Below, in pieces: positions 1-14,400 of a stretch of 64,000 nucleotides of DNA (positions within the stretch are counted from its first letter, which is position 1; the number at the start of each line of letters is the position of its first letter). Location: assembly GCF_009914755.1 (NCBI RefSeq), contig NC_060944.1. One strand, 5' to 3'. A program made the translations under genes and the position numbers. This stretch comes from the human T2T-CHM13v2.0 reference genome, Homo sapiens. The notes under the pieces were generated by a model. The model saw only the letters and a program-made list of their open reading frames with translations, was not told the origin of the DNA and ran no database searches.

Positions 1-1465
1 CCCATCCTCTGATGTGCAAATGTCTTATCAATAAGTTTAGAGTAATTGCTACTTCATGTTCACTAGGTTCCATCAGCATAATGTCATCAATGTAATGGAC
101 CAGGGTAATATCTTGTGAAAGGGGAAGGTAATCAAGATCCCTGCAAACTAAATTGTGACATAGGGCTGGAGAGTTGATATGCCCCTGAGGTAGGTCAGTG
201 CAGGTATATTTAGCCATGCCAGCCATAAGCAAACTGCTTCTGGTGAGCCTTATGGAAAGCTATGGAGAAAAAGGCATTCGCCAGTCCAATAGCTATGTAC
301 CAAGTACAAGAAGACGTGTTAATTTGCTCAAACAGTGAAACCATATCTGGTACAGCCACTGCAATAGAACTCACCATTGGTTAAGCCTCTAATAAGCCAC
401 TATCATTCTCCAAGATCTAGGCCAAATAGAAGAATTGAATGGTGATGTGGTTGGAATCACCACCCCTGCATCTTTTAAGTCCTTGATGGTGGCACTAATT
501 TCTGCAATTCATCTAGGTATGTGGTATTGTTTTCTTATTTATCATTTTCCTAATTAGAGGCAGTTCTAATTAACTATCATTTGGTCTTTCTCACAATAAT
601 AGCCCTCACCTCACAGGTTAGGGAACCAATGTGCAAATTCTACCAGCAGCTAGGTGCATCTATTCCAATTTTGCATCTGGAACTGGGGAAATAGTCACAG
701 AGTGTTTTAGGGACCCACTGGGCCCACTGTGTGTCAGAACTGAGCTAAAACACCATCGTTGGCCTGAGCTTCATAAGCTCCTACTGTAACTGGAGGGCCA
801 CAGTGACATTTCTGGTCTCCTGGAATCAAGGTCAGTTCAGAGCCTTTGTCCCAGTAGTCCCTGAAAGGTCAGATGCTTTCCTTTTCCCCAATGCACAGTT
901 ACCCTGGAAAAAGGCTGTAAGGTCTCTTTCAGGAGGGATGAGAGAAAGAGTAACTGTATACATTTTTGGAAGTGTCCTGGGGTCCTTCCTGGAGGTGACC
1001 CAGCCTCTCCTTCATATAAGGTGTTGTAGGTCTGTAAACTGGCTCAAGTTTGAGAATTGATTGATGAGTCATGATTCTCGTCGACGTAATTCAAGTTAGA
1101 CTTTTGTTCACTTGACCAGAAAGTTTTCTGCTTATACAGATCAAGTAAGATTTTAGTAGGCTTCCTATTTATTTCACATCTAAGAACACCATACTTAACC
1201 AGCCAATGCCATAGATCTACACGAGTGGGAGCATTCTGATTTTTCCTTTGCCTCTGTTGTTCATTACAGTAACTATGCCCACCTTGCCTTTGACAGTTGA
1301 GTGCTGCCACTTGACGCCTGCCACTTCAGGATCCAATTATTCCTACTGCATTTAAGTTTTCCAATTGAGTGACTGTGGCTCCTATGGTAAGATCTGGCCT
1401 ACAGAGAGAAGCAGTATCAGAGCTCTTCAGACATGCTGTGGCTCTCCTCACAAATCTCTTTCTCA
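1..1465 (-). mobile_element. Decayed ERV-L (HERV-L/ERVL-type) internal region: gag end, protease and RT N-terminal part; continues off the left edge
   Basis: The minus strand reads VHYIDDIML (YIDD at 94-83), [17 protein letters not shown] (about 198-150) and a frameshifted GLL-D-x-GSELTLI protease motif (about 862-825). The longer ORF is broken by stops and frameshifts. Confidence 0.9.
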
Positions 1466-1469
1466 TCAT

Positions 1470-2960
1470 CTATTTTCTTATTTATTTTAGTGTCTAGTTG
1501 ATCTGTCAAAAATTAAAGAAGTATAATAAATCCTCCCAAATCTGTTGTGCTTCTGTGTATATCTCTTGTTTCCTCAGTTAAGGTTATATCTATTTTGACA
1601 TTCTGTTTTTCAGCACATACAGACTCATGAGGATTATAATTTGCATGCAACAATTCCCTTTGTACTGTTAGCATGCTTTCTGCTTTGAATTTTACTTTGT
1701 CTGATATTTATATTGTCATCTCTCTGTTTACTTAGACTGCCTTTCTCCAGTTAAATTTGCTCATCACTTTCTGTTTAACCTTTTGAATCATTTTATTTTA
1801 GTTATCTGTCGTAGACCACAAACAGTTGGGCTTTCGCTTTATGACCCATCTGCGAACGTCTACATTTTAGTATAGGAGTTTGACTCGTTTGTGTTTATTG
1901 TCAGAGTTGATATGCTTATTATATCTGACAACTTTCTTTCTACTTATTATTTTTACATGCTTCATTGTGGCTTCATTTGCTGTTTCTCATTTGCTATATG
2001 GCTTATGTTTTGATTTTATTTTTTCCTCTTTTTGATATATACATTTTCTATATAAAATCATTCATGGTTATACTTAAGATTTTCAAAAATATTCTTCAAC
2101 CTGCAATCCTTTTTGCATTAAAGTTAAGAACAATATAATAAACTATGATTTTCTTCCCTGCTAGAAGAACAATTTGGCACTTTTTTGTTCTACTTGCTAT
2201 TCTCCGATATTCGGCTACTTACTTTTATGATATATATGTTCAGAGCTATATAATTCTAATTTCACAATATTTTAATATAACAGTAATATCTTTCAAAAAG
2301 AAAAACTGGAATTGGCGTTCAATTTTGTAATCACATTTTTCAGAATTTCATAAACCATTTTATTTTAACTTCTCTCAGTGATCATCACCTGCAGTTGTGC
2401 ACCCTGCCTACGCATTCTTGAATGTTGATTAGGATTTCTCCTCTAGCTACTTGGCACTTTAGTGAACTCATGTTTTCAAGGATGGTACACAGGCATTTTA
2501 GAATCTGACCTCTTCAATAAATAACATCCTTTCTGTAGCTTACATGCATTAAATAAAGAGTAGCTGCAAAATATGAATTAGATAACCTTTTTCCCACAAA
2601 ACTGGTCAGTTGTGATTGCTTTACTCTCGGTCATTTACTGTTTCACAAAAGAAATCTCCATTTTGCTAAATACTTGGGGTTTTCTTGAGACCTGTTGTTT
2701 CTCCTTGGAAGTTGACAAAATCTTTTTGTAATATTTAATTAATTTTTCTATGTTTGTTGACACTTACCTAAAATATGTTAACATGTTTCAGTATTTTTAT
2801 GCAAGTCTGTTTGGGGCCAGAAGAAATTTTTTTCATATACATATTTTGTATTTTTACTTACGTTTTAATTTTCAATGTTTTATCCTCTATTATACTTTCA
2901 AGTCTTAGGCTAATTCTCTATCCTCAATTCTATTTTTTTTTTATCTTTTCATTTGTATCT
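1470..2960 (-). mobile_element. Very old L1M fragments (ORF2 5' end/ORF1 region)
   Basis: T-rich degenerate sequence with antisense L1-like motifs, e.g. ctttgtctgatatttatattg and ggagtttgactcgtttgtgtttattg. Confidence 0.5.
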
Positions 2961-3428
2961 TTTTCCTGTGGCTTGAAGTCACTTGGGAAATTGTTTAAAC
3001 TTGTGATGTCTACTGGCATCCTAAAAATAGATAATGTGAGTGTTTGTGATTAGATCAAGTCACCTCCAACACGCCAATTCAGCCACATGCCTCTTTCTAT
3101 CACTAACATATTCTGTTCCCCATAAGTAATAAACAGAAAGATAATCAGAAAAAGCAAATGGCAACAGCTTTAATGTTTATTTTTGGGAATTGTATGCCAA
3201 ATACGGATGCCATTGGGCCACCAAAGATCACCTAATAGATATCTTGAAGGTTTTGTTTACATAGTCACCTGCAAAAAACTTCTTAACAGTCATACAACAC
3301 ACCTGGTTGTCTCCAACATCTTGTCCTATATAACATTATCCATTAAGTCCTCCCTGAACCATTAAATAAAATACAGTTGCCAAAATTGCATGGCTCTAGA
3401 GAATAGAGTCCATGTGGTGTATCACGTT

Positions 3429-3958
3429 TGTTTGGACTCAGGACACACCACCCTAAAATATGACTACAGGAGACCAGAATATGCCAACTCAAAATGTATT
3501 TTTGTGACATGTTTCAAGCTGGTTATTTTGAGAAACTGCAGAAACAGGAGTAGCTCTGAAAAGCTGTTCTTTTGTAAAAGAAATTTATATCTGTAAGGGA
3601 AATCTACATTGTAAAGTATCAGTATCAGGAAGAGGGCTGCTTCAGACCACTTTTATTCCCTAAGAGATGTTTTATCTACATAACAAGACAACCTTTATTC
3701 AACATACAATTCCTTGCCTCACCTTCCTGTAACTCATGTCTTCACTATTCTCCCAGAAGCCCCAAGTCCCTTTTCCTTTAACTCAGGGTATATAGGCTTC
3801 TTGATCTCTGGGGTGTCGGGTATTCACTTTTCTTTCGTATGATGCCCCAGTGCATTTGTATACCTTTTCTCCTTTTAATCTGTTTTACATCAATTTTCTT
3901 TGTAGCCCATCTAAAGAACCTGGGAGGATGGAGGAAAGCCAGTTTTTTTTTCCCTACA
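3429..3958 (+). mobile_element. ERV1-class solo LTR (MER31/MER34/LTR37-like group)
   Basis: TG...CA ends, the characteristic aggagaccagaatatgcca...ttattttgag start and a ttccctaca end. Exact family uncertain. Confidence 0.7.
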
Positions 3959-4119
3959 CATTGCTCACAACTAAGAAAACCACAATCACAAAAGCATCAC
4001 TAGGGAGAGGTTACCGAGGGCATATTCAGTGTTCTCTTTTTAACACAAGATGTTGCTATAGGAAAGATGCCACCAGTGCTCTCATATCGTCCTGGCCCTC
4101 ATGCACATACATCTAAGGG

Positions 4120-4699
4120 AGCTTAGAATGAACACCTGTGACTCTTTGCCTGGTCTGCAGGAGCACACTTGGCCTAAATTCTGAGCAATACACATGAGGC
4201 CCTAAGAGCTAATAACCCCAGAAACAGCTTTGGATCAATAATGAATGAGGATTTGGTGGATAAATGCCCCAGCTCCCTCCCATTAGGTGGGGAGAACCCA
4301 GTGGAGTGCCCTACATGGTCTCCCAGAGTTCCCCAGCACGATGCTGCTAATGATGCTACAGTGGTAAAGTCATTGCTAGCTCGCTGTTAAAAAAAAAAAA
4401 TCAACAGCTTTACTGAGACATAATTTACAGACCATAAAACTTACCCATCTATACTATACAATATAATTATTTTTAGTGTATTTGCAGGTTGTGCAATCAT
4501 TACCAGGATCAATTTTAGAACATTTTAATCACTCTGAAAAAAACACTTGATATAGCTAACTCTTTATTAACTACCTTCCCCTCTCTGCTTCACGTCTCTC
4601 TACTCCTGAACCATTGTTTCTTGAGATGGCCACTCCAGTAAACGACATGCACTGAAATTCTCTCTAGGTCTGCTTTTGGGAGGATGTGAACCAAAACAG
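4120..4699 (+). mobile_element. ERVL LTR16-like solo LTR interrupted by an antisense L1 3'-end fragment (about 4390-4550)
   Basis: ggataaatgccccagc...tctcccagagttccccagc and terminal ggtctgcttttgggagga...aaaaca. The insert aacagctttactgagacataatttaca is an antisense L1 tail. Confidence 0.65.
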
Positions 4700-5724
4700 T
4701 GACAACCAGATAGACAAAAATAAATGACTAGAAAAACTTAGGTGATGCTCCATACACCATGTCACCAGAAAAACTTTCCTTTGAGCATCCACTAGTTTAT
4801 ATTTACCTAACAGATGTCTTGAAAGTTTTCTCCTCCTCTAAGCTCAGAAAGATATTTCACTTTCTTGATAATGCACTATGTTTTATAGTTTATATGTAAT
4901 TTTTATTCCATTTTAATTCATCCTCAAAGGAGTGGAAATACAGACAGACCACATGTGTGAATTGCCCTTAACTCTGCTTCTTCTCCACTTGGGTCTGGTC
5001 ATTTCCCATCCTCAGATCCACACTTCCAGAACAGGTTGCTTTGCTTACATCCCAGCAAACTTCCTCATACAAGCAAGGTAGTATATCACGGAGTTTTGCA
5101 GCCCTGAGGGGCTGTATTCTCCTAATACCCTACTCAAATGGGGTCATTCCGAAATTTCTTCTCCACCCCTGTTTAACAATTTTTAAAATACCATATTGAC
5201 TCAGATATTTTATTGTGCTGTTTACTCTTTCTTAAATAATCTCCGCATTCTACCAATGAAGACTCTATTTCTTCTGCAAAAATACCGATGCCCACAGGAT
5301 GCCAAGCACTGGTAGTTAGTAGCTTATTCTCTAGGATTCCTTATGCTTCTCTTTAATGCTTCCCAAGACTAACAGTATTTGTTCCCAAAACTGATATCAC
5401 CGTCTATACTTGCTACTATAATTGTTAACATATTTGTTACTATATATAATTCAATGGTTATGTAAAACAGTAAAATATGAATGATAAAAGAGAAAGGTAT
5501 TATTTCTATGAGAGCAAAGCTGATTACTTCCAAAGACTCAAAGGAAAATTGTTTAAAACAGCAATGTTGCATTTGATTTAGAGATCTGTGAGAAAACTGT
5601 AAAATATTTGAAAATAAAATTATATGTATATACACTCATATACGTCTTCTGCAATCATATGTGCATTACAAGTCCTATGAGTTTCTTTCATCACTTGAAA
5701 GAGATGAAACTGGAACACTTAGAC

Positions 5725-5915
5725 CAGCAAATAGTTCTCAACCTTAAATGCACATTAGAATCACAGTGAAAGTTTTTAAAAAGTTGGGACTCACTCTCAG
5801 ATTCTGATTCTATTTGTCTAGGACAAAACAGGCTGGACATCAGCTATTAAGACTTTTATTTTGTTTTTACAACTCCTCACAGAATCTGATGTGCAGTAAG
5901 GGTGCTAAAGGCATG
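5725..5915. mobile_element. MER5-type hAT-Charlie MITE
   Basis: gttctcaacctt...tgcacattagaatcac...cagattctgattc...ctgatgtgcag. Confidence 0.7.
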
Positions 5916-7891
5916 GAACATCTTATCTTCATTTTGATTAGTGACTACTCTTCTGTATGTTGCAAACCTTCCTCTACAAGTGGTTTTTTTCCTTAATATT
6001 GCTGCATCAATTTAAAATTAGTAGCCTTTCTTTCAGATGCTGGTAGTATGTTGTTTGTAATCTAAGGTTTCAGTGAAGTTGCAAGTTTCCATTTTTTGCT
6101 GAGTCTTCACAGATATTTTAGAGGGACACTGCAGGAGGTAGGGTCAAACACTCCTATCCTGGTGAACTTTTAAATTGAAAACAGTTCTAAAAATTTTTAG
6201 AAATATGTTGAAGCTTAGCATGCTGCAAGTAATGCTTCCTTCCTGCTGCTTTAGTTTTACATTGACATTTTGTTTAAGGTTTTACTTCTTTGTGGTTCAT
6301 GTTATGTCATAGTTTATTATTATTATTAATTCACACAATAAGAATCTATAATACATGTAAGAATAATTCAATGAACACATGTATACCTACTATTCAATTT
6401 ATAAAACAGAAAATTACCAAAACCTTTTAAACTCTACTCAGTATTTCTTTCCACATTTCGTTTCCTCCCACCCACTGTTAACCAATTTCCTGTTTTGTAG
6501 TTATGCTTCCTGTTTGAAAATAGTTTTAACATATATTAATGCATCTTTAAGTGTACATTGCTTTATTTTGCATATTTAACCATTAAATATATAGAATCCA
6601 ATGTACCTTTTCTGAGACTGTTTCCTTTTCTCAATACTATTATTTTAATATACATCCATATCAATATGAATATCTGTAATTATTTCACTCGTACTGCTGT
6701 ATAGAATTCTATTATATGAATATACCTCAATTTATCCATCCATTCTGTAAAATGAATACTACATTAGGGTAATTTGTAGTATTTTGCTTTTGAAAACAAT
6801 ATTAATTTTTTTTATGTGTACCTAGTGTAGGCAAGCAATCATTGTTCTATTTGCCTGGTAAAGGGATTTCTGGATCATAATATATAAATACCTGCAACTT
6901 TAATGGTTAATTCCAAAGTATATTCTAAATTGAATCCAACAGTTTATATTTTCAACAACATCATATATCTGTCAAATCTTGATACTCTGTTTTAGTTGTT
7001 TATTATTATTTGCTTTTTGACAACATGTAGGTTGTATAATACTGCCCTGTGGATTTCATTTGCATTTCCCAGATAATTATTGAGAATAACCATCTTCCCC
7101 AAAGTTTTTCCTCCATTTATGATACCTATTCTGTGAAATGCCCATTTATATCTTTTCAGCATTTTTGGATCATGCTGTTTTTCTGTTTTTAATGATAAGT
7201 AGCAGTTATTAATATCCCCCAGATAATAAGTGCTTGTTTTTTTCTTGTAAGTGTAAAAATTTTCACCACAAATTGTTGTTTATCTTCTAATTTCTATTAA
7301 GGTGTTTTTAATGAACAGATGGTGGGACTTTAAAATAATTTTAAGATTTTCGTTTAAGGTTTGTCCTTTTCTGTCTTAAGAAATATTCCCTTACTCCAGG
7401 ATAAAAAAGATATCCTCATATTTTATTCTCAACATTTAAAAATGTACCTTGAATTTTAAAGCCTATAATTCATACATATTTAAATTTTGCCTATGAATTA
7501 AGGTAAGAATCCAATTTCACTCTGTTTTCGTACCGATAAATTATTATGTCAGCACCAAATATCAAGTGGCTAATCCACTCAGCTGCAATCTGCAATGTCA
7601 CTTCTCTCATACAGAAAATTCTGTATTTTATATTCTATTCCATTTATCTACTTGAAAATATAATGCCAATGGCATACTGTCTTAATAACTCTAGTTTTGT
7701 AATGTCTTTATTTATGGTAGGATAAATTACTTTGTTATTTTCTGGGAATATCTTGGTCACTTTTGCTCAGTACTTGGTCACAGAGCGATTAGAATTATCT
7801 TATTAAGTTATACACACACTCACACACACACTTTCACATCCCTATAGATTTTGATTAGAATTGCACTAAAGATAGATTACATTGATTAAAT

Positions 7892-8119
7892 TAGGAGTTG
7901 GCAGACGACAACTCATAGGCCAAACCTGGCCTGCTGCCTCTTTAACTCTCCTTGTAAATAAAGTTTTATCGGAACACAGCCACATCAATTTCTTTACCTA
8001 TTGTCAACAGCTGCTTTCAAGTTACAAAAGAAGTGTTTAGTAGGTGTGAAAGCAATTCTGTGGACTGCAGATAATATACTATTTACTATCTTGCCTTTTA
8101 TAAAGTTTGCTGACACTTG
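7892..8119. mobile_element. MER58A-like hAT-Charlie MITE
   Basis: ggagttggcag...ggccaaacctggcctgctgcct...gtaaataaagttttatcggaacacagccac...aaagtttgctgacacttg. Confidence 0.85.
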
Positions 8120-9135
8120 ATACATGTCATTTGGGGGGAATAATTACACTTTTATAATTTTGAACTTTCACATCCAGAATATAAGTCTCATTTGTTGGTT
8201 CCACTTAAATACTTCAAAATAAAGATTTATAGTTTTCCTCCATAAAGGGCTTTAATATATTTTGTTAGATTTATTCCCAGGTACTTTATATTTTCTAACA
8301 ATTGTAAATTGAATCATTTTTAAATTATGATTTCCAATTTTTTATTGCTGTTGAATAAAAATGCAATTTTGCACAATTATATGCAACAACTGCATTATAC
8401 AAATCATGATATAATTATGCATAATGATTTTATTGCTAGAGAATTTGCTACACTGATTTATTAATTGTAATAAGTTATCTATATACTGCTTGCATTTTGT
8501 AAGTTCACAATCATATCAACTGTGATTAGTGATTATTCTATTTCTTCTCTTCCAATCAGGAATCATTATATCTTTTTCTTATCTTAGTACACAAGCTAGC
8601 ATCTTCAGAACAATATGAATGCAAGTAGCGATACTAAGCAAGTCTATATTTCTGCTGTCTTAAAAGGAAATGCTTTAAATTTTCAATATTACCTTATGTG
8701 TGCGACAGGTTTTTGTGCATATACCTAACAGATTAAGGACTTCCCTTCCAGTGTCCATTTTCAATGAATTTTTATCATAAATGAATGTAAAAATATAGCA
8801 AAACATGTTCTGTGTCTGTTAAAATTATCATTAATTTTTGCCCTTTAATTTATTAATGAGGAGAATTTGGGGTGTGTGTGTATGCGTATTTTTACTGATT
8901 TTATTTATTTTCTCTCCACTAGGTTTTAAAGTATAGGACTTTTATATAACCTTTCAGTAGGTACCCTAGGCATTTTATCATCAATGGTTATCCTAAAACT
9001 GTCTAAAATTTATCAATATTTTAATGCACCTCCTCAAAACTATAAAGAATGTGGAATATTTTAATATTAATTAACTCCCATTCTCAATTGTATGCTGTTG
9101 TTAAAATTAAAATACTGGATAATTTATTGTGTCAC

Positions 9136-9501
9136 TGTATTAGTCCTTTCTCACACTGTTATAAAGAACTGCCTCAGACTGGGTAATTTCTGAAGAAAAG
9201 AGGTTTAATTGACTCACCACTTCATAGGGCTGGGGAGGCCTATGGAAACTTACTAGGAAGGGGAAGAAAACACATCTTTCTTCACATGGTGGCAGGAGAG
9301 AGAAGTGGCGAGCAAAGGGGTAAAGCCCCCTGTAAAACCGTCAGATCTCACGAGAACTCACTCACTATCATGGGAACAGCATGGGAGTAACCGCACCAAC
9401 GATTCAATTACCTCCCACCGGGTCCTTTCCACAACATGTGGGGATTACGGGAACTACAATTCTAGATGGGATTTGGATGGGGACACACCCAAACCATATT
9501 A
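9136..9501 (-). mobile_element. THE1/MST (MaLR) solo LTR
   Basis: tgtattagtc...aaaccatatta, 366 bp, with a 5-bp TSD gtcac (9131-9135) / gtcat (9502-9506). Confidence 0.92.
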
Positions 9502-10200
9502 GTCATCATCAATTAAGGCACTGTCATTGTTTTGACACAGAGTGTTTGATTATATTTATCCACAACTAGAACAATTTATTTACTCATAATTTATTTTTGT
9601 ATTTTCTTTCTTCCCAAAGACCATCTTTCAGAAGACATTATAGTGAGAGCATTTTAGTAGTACATTTAGTTTGCGTTAGTGTTTAAAGGGTCCTTATATT
9701 GCCATTATTTCTAAAAGACTATGTCACTGTTTGGAAAAGCTTAGTTGACCAGCATTTTACTCTCAATATTTTAAAAATACCATTATTTGCTATATCTGGC
9801 TTCCACTGTTAATGAGGAACAAGTAAGCACCAATCTGATTTATCTCTGTTCTCTATAGTTTTTAGAACTTTAAAAAAAATTTTATGTTCTTCAATTTTAG
9901 TATTACATGTCCAAGTGGTAATGTTCTTTTAATTACTAATTTTACTTGAAATTCACTGCATTTCTTAAATTTAACGGTTATTGGACTTAATTCTAAAAAA
10001 TTATCAGATACTATGTTCTAAATATTGCCTTTACACTGTATTCTCACTTCTTTTCTCCAGTTTTCTAACATCTTTTCACCAAATCTATCTTGTTGAGTTA
10101 CTGCTTGACTTTTCTTGATATTCCGAGCTGCATTCTGGGTAATGTGTTCAGATCTATATTTGAATTCTCCAAAATTTTCTATGTATCAGTGTCTAAATAT

Positions 10201-10765
10201 ATAGTTTTCAAACTGAGAAACCCAGTGGCACTGATTTTCTCTGAGGTGCCACATTTGTCTCATAGTGGAACCAAAGAATATTTCAGATGTTTGAGGGAAG
10301 CACAGCAAAGCTGTATGGTAGAGTTAAAATTGTGCTGTGACTTCCTTGAGCGAGTTCACAGTTTCAACATCTATTTTGCTGAAACCATGCCTTTGCAGTA
10401 GTTATGGTCAGAAAGAAATGTCACACACAATCAATGTGAAACAAGAAATGAGGCTGGTTATTTTTAATCTGAATCAACAGTTTGGAAAGTTGTACAGTGC
10501 CCAATAGGTGGACATATCTCATTAATAAATTATGGTTATTTAATAAATTATGGTTTATTTTTTAATTTAATTTATAAATTAATTTTCAATGGCTAATAAT
10601 CTCTTATGACAAATACTCATTATTTTCTGAACCTAGCTATTTAATAGATAGGGTAACTATTTAAGAGATAGAAATTATTTGTGATTTTTTTGGCCTAAAG
10701 TTACCTTAAAAGAATTACTGAGACACTAAAAGCACTGTAAAATGAGAAAGTTTGGGAATATCTTA
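10201..10765. mobile_element. hAT-Charlie-type DNA transposon relic
   Basis: aatcaatgtgaaacaagaaatgagg, aagttgtacagtgcccaa and terminal aattactgagacactaa...gagaaagtttgggaa. Confidence 0.65.
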
Positions 10766-11414
10766 TTGAATTTGTTCTCTACCTTTAGTTTTCAATCATG
10801 ATTTTTTTCTCATCTACATACATTTAATTTGTTTTTGTTTTTCAAAACTGCTTGGCCATTTCATATAGTCTCTTTCTCCCCTCTCATATTCACTCATTCT
10901 TCTATTATTTATTTATTCATTTATTTATATTGCCTCTCAAGCCTACTGCCCCACTTTTTTGGGTGTGGTTGAGATTACTTTACTGCAAATCAAAGTCTTT
11001 GAATTATATCAGTGATGGTTGTTTGAAGAGTAGCATGAAGTACATTCATCCAAAACTTACTGGTTTTATTCATGCCTTGCTTAAAAGAACACTACCATCT
11101 CCAATCTCTAAAATAAATTCTCAACTTCATTTCTTTCTTTTTCACACAAAATAGAGAGTATGAATTTGGACACAGCTAGCAAGGAGTTGCTTATAGTTAG
11201 CATATCTTAAATCATTTTTTTCTTCCACCTAGCTTCAAGTTTAAGACATGCCATTTCGTTACTAGTACTCTATAAGGAGGGTCTTTCTTTTCGTACATCT
11301 AATTCACCCTTCAAATAATGACATAGTCTTTGGAGATCTGGCCTTATTCTGTCTTGGGTGGTCTTTAGGTTTGTCTTCATGACCATGCTGATATTGAAAA
11401 ACACTTAGAGCTTT

Positions 11415-14400
11415 GTCAAGATGGCAAAGGACACTTCACTTCCCCACAAAAGAGAATCAAAATAGTGGGTAGATAATCACACTTTGAATAGAACATCTAA
11501 GAGATAACACTGGAATTCAGCAGGTGACAGAAACCACCTGAGGCACCAGAGAGAGATGCCAGTAATTGGTCAGGAGTCCAGACAGTCTCTCCAGTGCAGG
11601 GAAAAGGTAAAGTGAGAGATTCCCAGCAGTCCATATTTCTACCATAGACTTCTATAATCCTAGCCATAGGAGACTCCCTCGACCCCATGGGTCCCAAGAC
11701 TGGCATAGGGAGCTCACTGGAGTCCACGAGATGGCATTGCTCCAGAGAGGAAGTTCACACTGGGTCCCACACATCTCCTGAGGACCAGGTAGCTGCAGCA
11801 TGGTGCCATTTTGAGAGCCCAGCCCCCACCAGATTGCTTCCTTTCTTAGGGCCCAACAACCCCTGCATCTCCAAATCTCTGGAGCCCCACTGATATGCCC
11901 CTGTGTCCACTGAGAGAGCTGCAGTTCTGAGAGACACTGACTGAACCCAGTAAAGTTGCAGGGTCCCCAGCACTCTAGCCTACACAGTTTCCTGCATGCC
12001 AAGGAAAGGGCAGTGCAGTACACTGGGGAGAGAGCCAAAGCACACACTTCCCAGAGACTGAAACCCGCCTGCCTGGGGCCACTGGCAGTGATAGCAACCC
12101 TGCTCCCTTCAGCAGAAGGATTTCTGTGCACTTGCATGTAGCCTGATGACTGGTTCTCTTTACCAGCCACTACAGCCACTGCTCCCACCAGTGACCAAAG
12201 TGTGCACACCCCAGAGCCTGAAACCCATCTGCCTGGGGATGCTACCACAGATTGCAACACTGCCTCAACTCCCAGCAGCAAGACTGCCATGCGCAAACAC
12301 GCATCCTGAGGACAGCCTTTCCCTACCCACTGAAACAACTGCCACCACTACCCAAGCACCCTAGCTAGAGCCTGGGGATAGTCCCGCCCTCACACCACTT
12401 CCTGTCCCTATGCACACCACCAGAGGACATGAGAACAGTCCTGTCCGACCACCCTTCCCAGTGCCTGAGCATGCTGCCTAGGGGCTCTGAGATTGTTCTG
12501 CAACATCATGTAGTCCAGACACACACACACACACACACAGACACACACACAAAACATCAGATGTCCTTATAACAGCCTACCATGGCTGGCAAGCCTTCCA
12601 GAGGCCTGAAGTTTGCCCCGCCCTCTCCATCACAGCCTACGCCTATGTACACCATCAAGAGAATCTAAAAATAGGCCTGCCTTGCTGACACGGTGCTCAG
12701 TGCCAAAACATGCCAATTGGGCACCTGGGGATTGCCCAGGTGCATGTACACACCACCAGAGTCCTAACAACAGGCTCAGAAAACCAGCTGCCAGTGTCCA
12801 AACATGCCATGCAGAAGCCTAGGGATCACTCCACACCATCCACCACTACCGGCACTGAGCAATCCTCCTGGGGCCCTCAAGATGGGCTCACCCAGCCTGC
12901 CACCACCACCACTGTTGGCAACCACTCATACATATCACCTAGGGGTTTAGGGTCTGCCCTTCCCAACACTGACAACAGCAAGTGCTGACTGGAAGTCCAA
13001 GGGTTGTCCTGCCATTGCTACTACCATTGTCAACACCATGCATGCTGCTCAGGGACCTGAGGACATAGCCCATTGTTGCCACTCCTTACACCTGAGCAAG
13101 CCATCTGTGGGCTTAAGAATTACCCCTCCTGGACTTGCTAACACTGGTGCCCACATATGCCACCGAAGGGCCCAAGGACAGGCACACTTGGCATGATGCT
13201 GCCACCACTGGGGACTGATGACTGGCCCACCTGGTGTCTTGTCCCCAGCAAAACCTCATGATAGCCTCCAAAACAGCCACAGTCTAAGACACTGAGGAAA
13301 TAACAAAACCACTGATGATATTTATGCTAAAGATATTATGTGAAGATTATACTACTGCACACATCCAAAATCAAATCTAAATTGCCCTACCAAGCCAACA
13401 CCATAATTTATCTGCAGAAAAAAATTATTTCCCTAAAAAAGCCAATCCAAAAACTTAAAAAAAGTGACTCTTAAATCTGATATGCAGATATCAATGAAAG
13501 GACACATAAAAATGAAAAAGCAAAAAAGAAAAAAAAAAGATGTCTGCAAAACAACAGAATTATTCTTAAGCAACAGATTCCAAAGAAAAATAAATTTAGA
13601 TAAAACCTAAAAAAGAATTTAAAATGATATTAAAGAAGTTCAGTGAACTACAAGAGAACACAGAAAAACAATACGGAGAAATCAAAAAAAAATTTAGGAT
13701 AGATGAGAAATTCACTAAAGAGATTGATATCATTTAGAAAAACAAACAGAAATATTGGATCTGAAGAATTCAATACATGAAATAATAAGACACAATTGAG
13801 AGCTTCAACAATACAATGGATCAAACAGAAAAAAGAATTTCAGAACTTGAAGACAGGTATATTGAAATAACCTAATAAGAAAAAAATATTTTAAAAACAT
13901 ACAGAAAGCCTGAATAATGTATGGGACATCATGAAGTAACCAAATTTCTGAATTTTGAGAGTTTCAGAAAGTAATAAAAAAGGCAAAGACACAGAAAACT
14001 TATTTGACAAAATAATACCTGAATATTTTCTACTCTATAAAGAGATTTAGACTCCTACATACAAGAAGATTAGAGATTCCAAAATAAAGTAGAAAAGATC
14101 TTCTCCAGGGAATATGGAAATTATACTGTCAAGTGTCAACAACAATGAAATAATTCAAAAACAGCAAGGAAAAAGTCACACCTAAAGGAACCTCCATCAA
14201 ATAAAGAGCAGATTTCTCAGCAGAAACCTTGCAAGCCAGAAGAAAATGAGATGATATATTCAAAGTGCTGAAAGAAAAAAAACCTGTAAGCCAAGGATAC
14301 TACACCCAGCAAAGTTATTCTTCATAAATGAAGGAGAAATATTTTCCTAGATATGCAAGAACTGAAGGAATTCATCATCACTAGATTGGTTCTACAGGAA

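Larger units (their letters stand above)
6310..10200 (-). mobile_element. Old fragmented L1M (3'UTR, ORF2, ORF1 remnants) hosting MER58 and THE1 insertions
   Basis: Antisense L1 motifs in the expected order: atccatccattc, ttcatttgcatttcc, tattctattccatt, tttgttagatttattcc, aaaggaaatgcttt. Confidence 0.7.

Noticed and set aside
11497-12988. Cluster of overlapping ORFs up to 228 aa
   Set aside because: They fall in the GC-richer 5'UTR of an old L1, where stops are rarer, and show no protein motifs.
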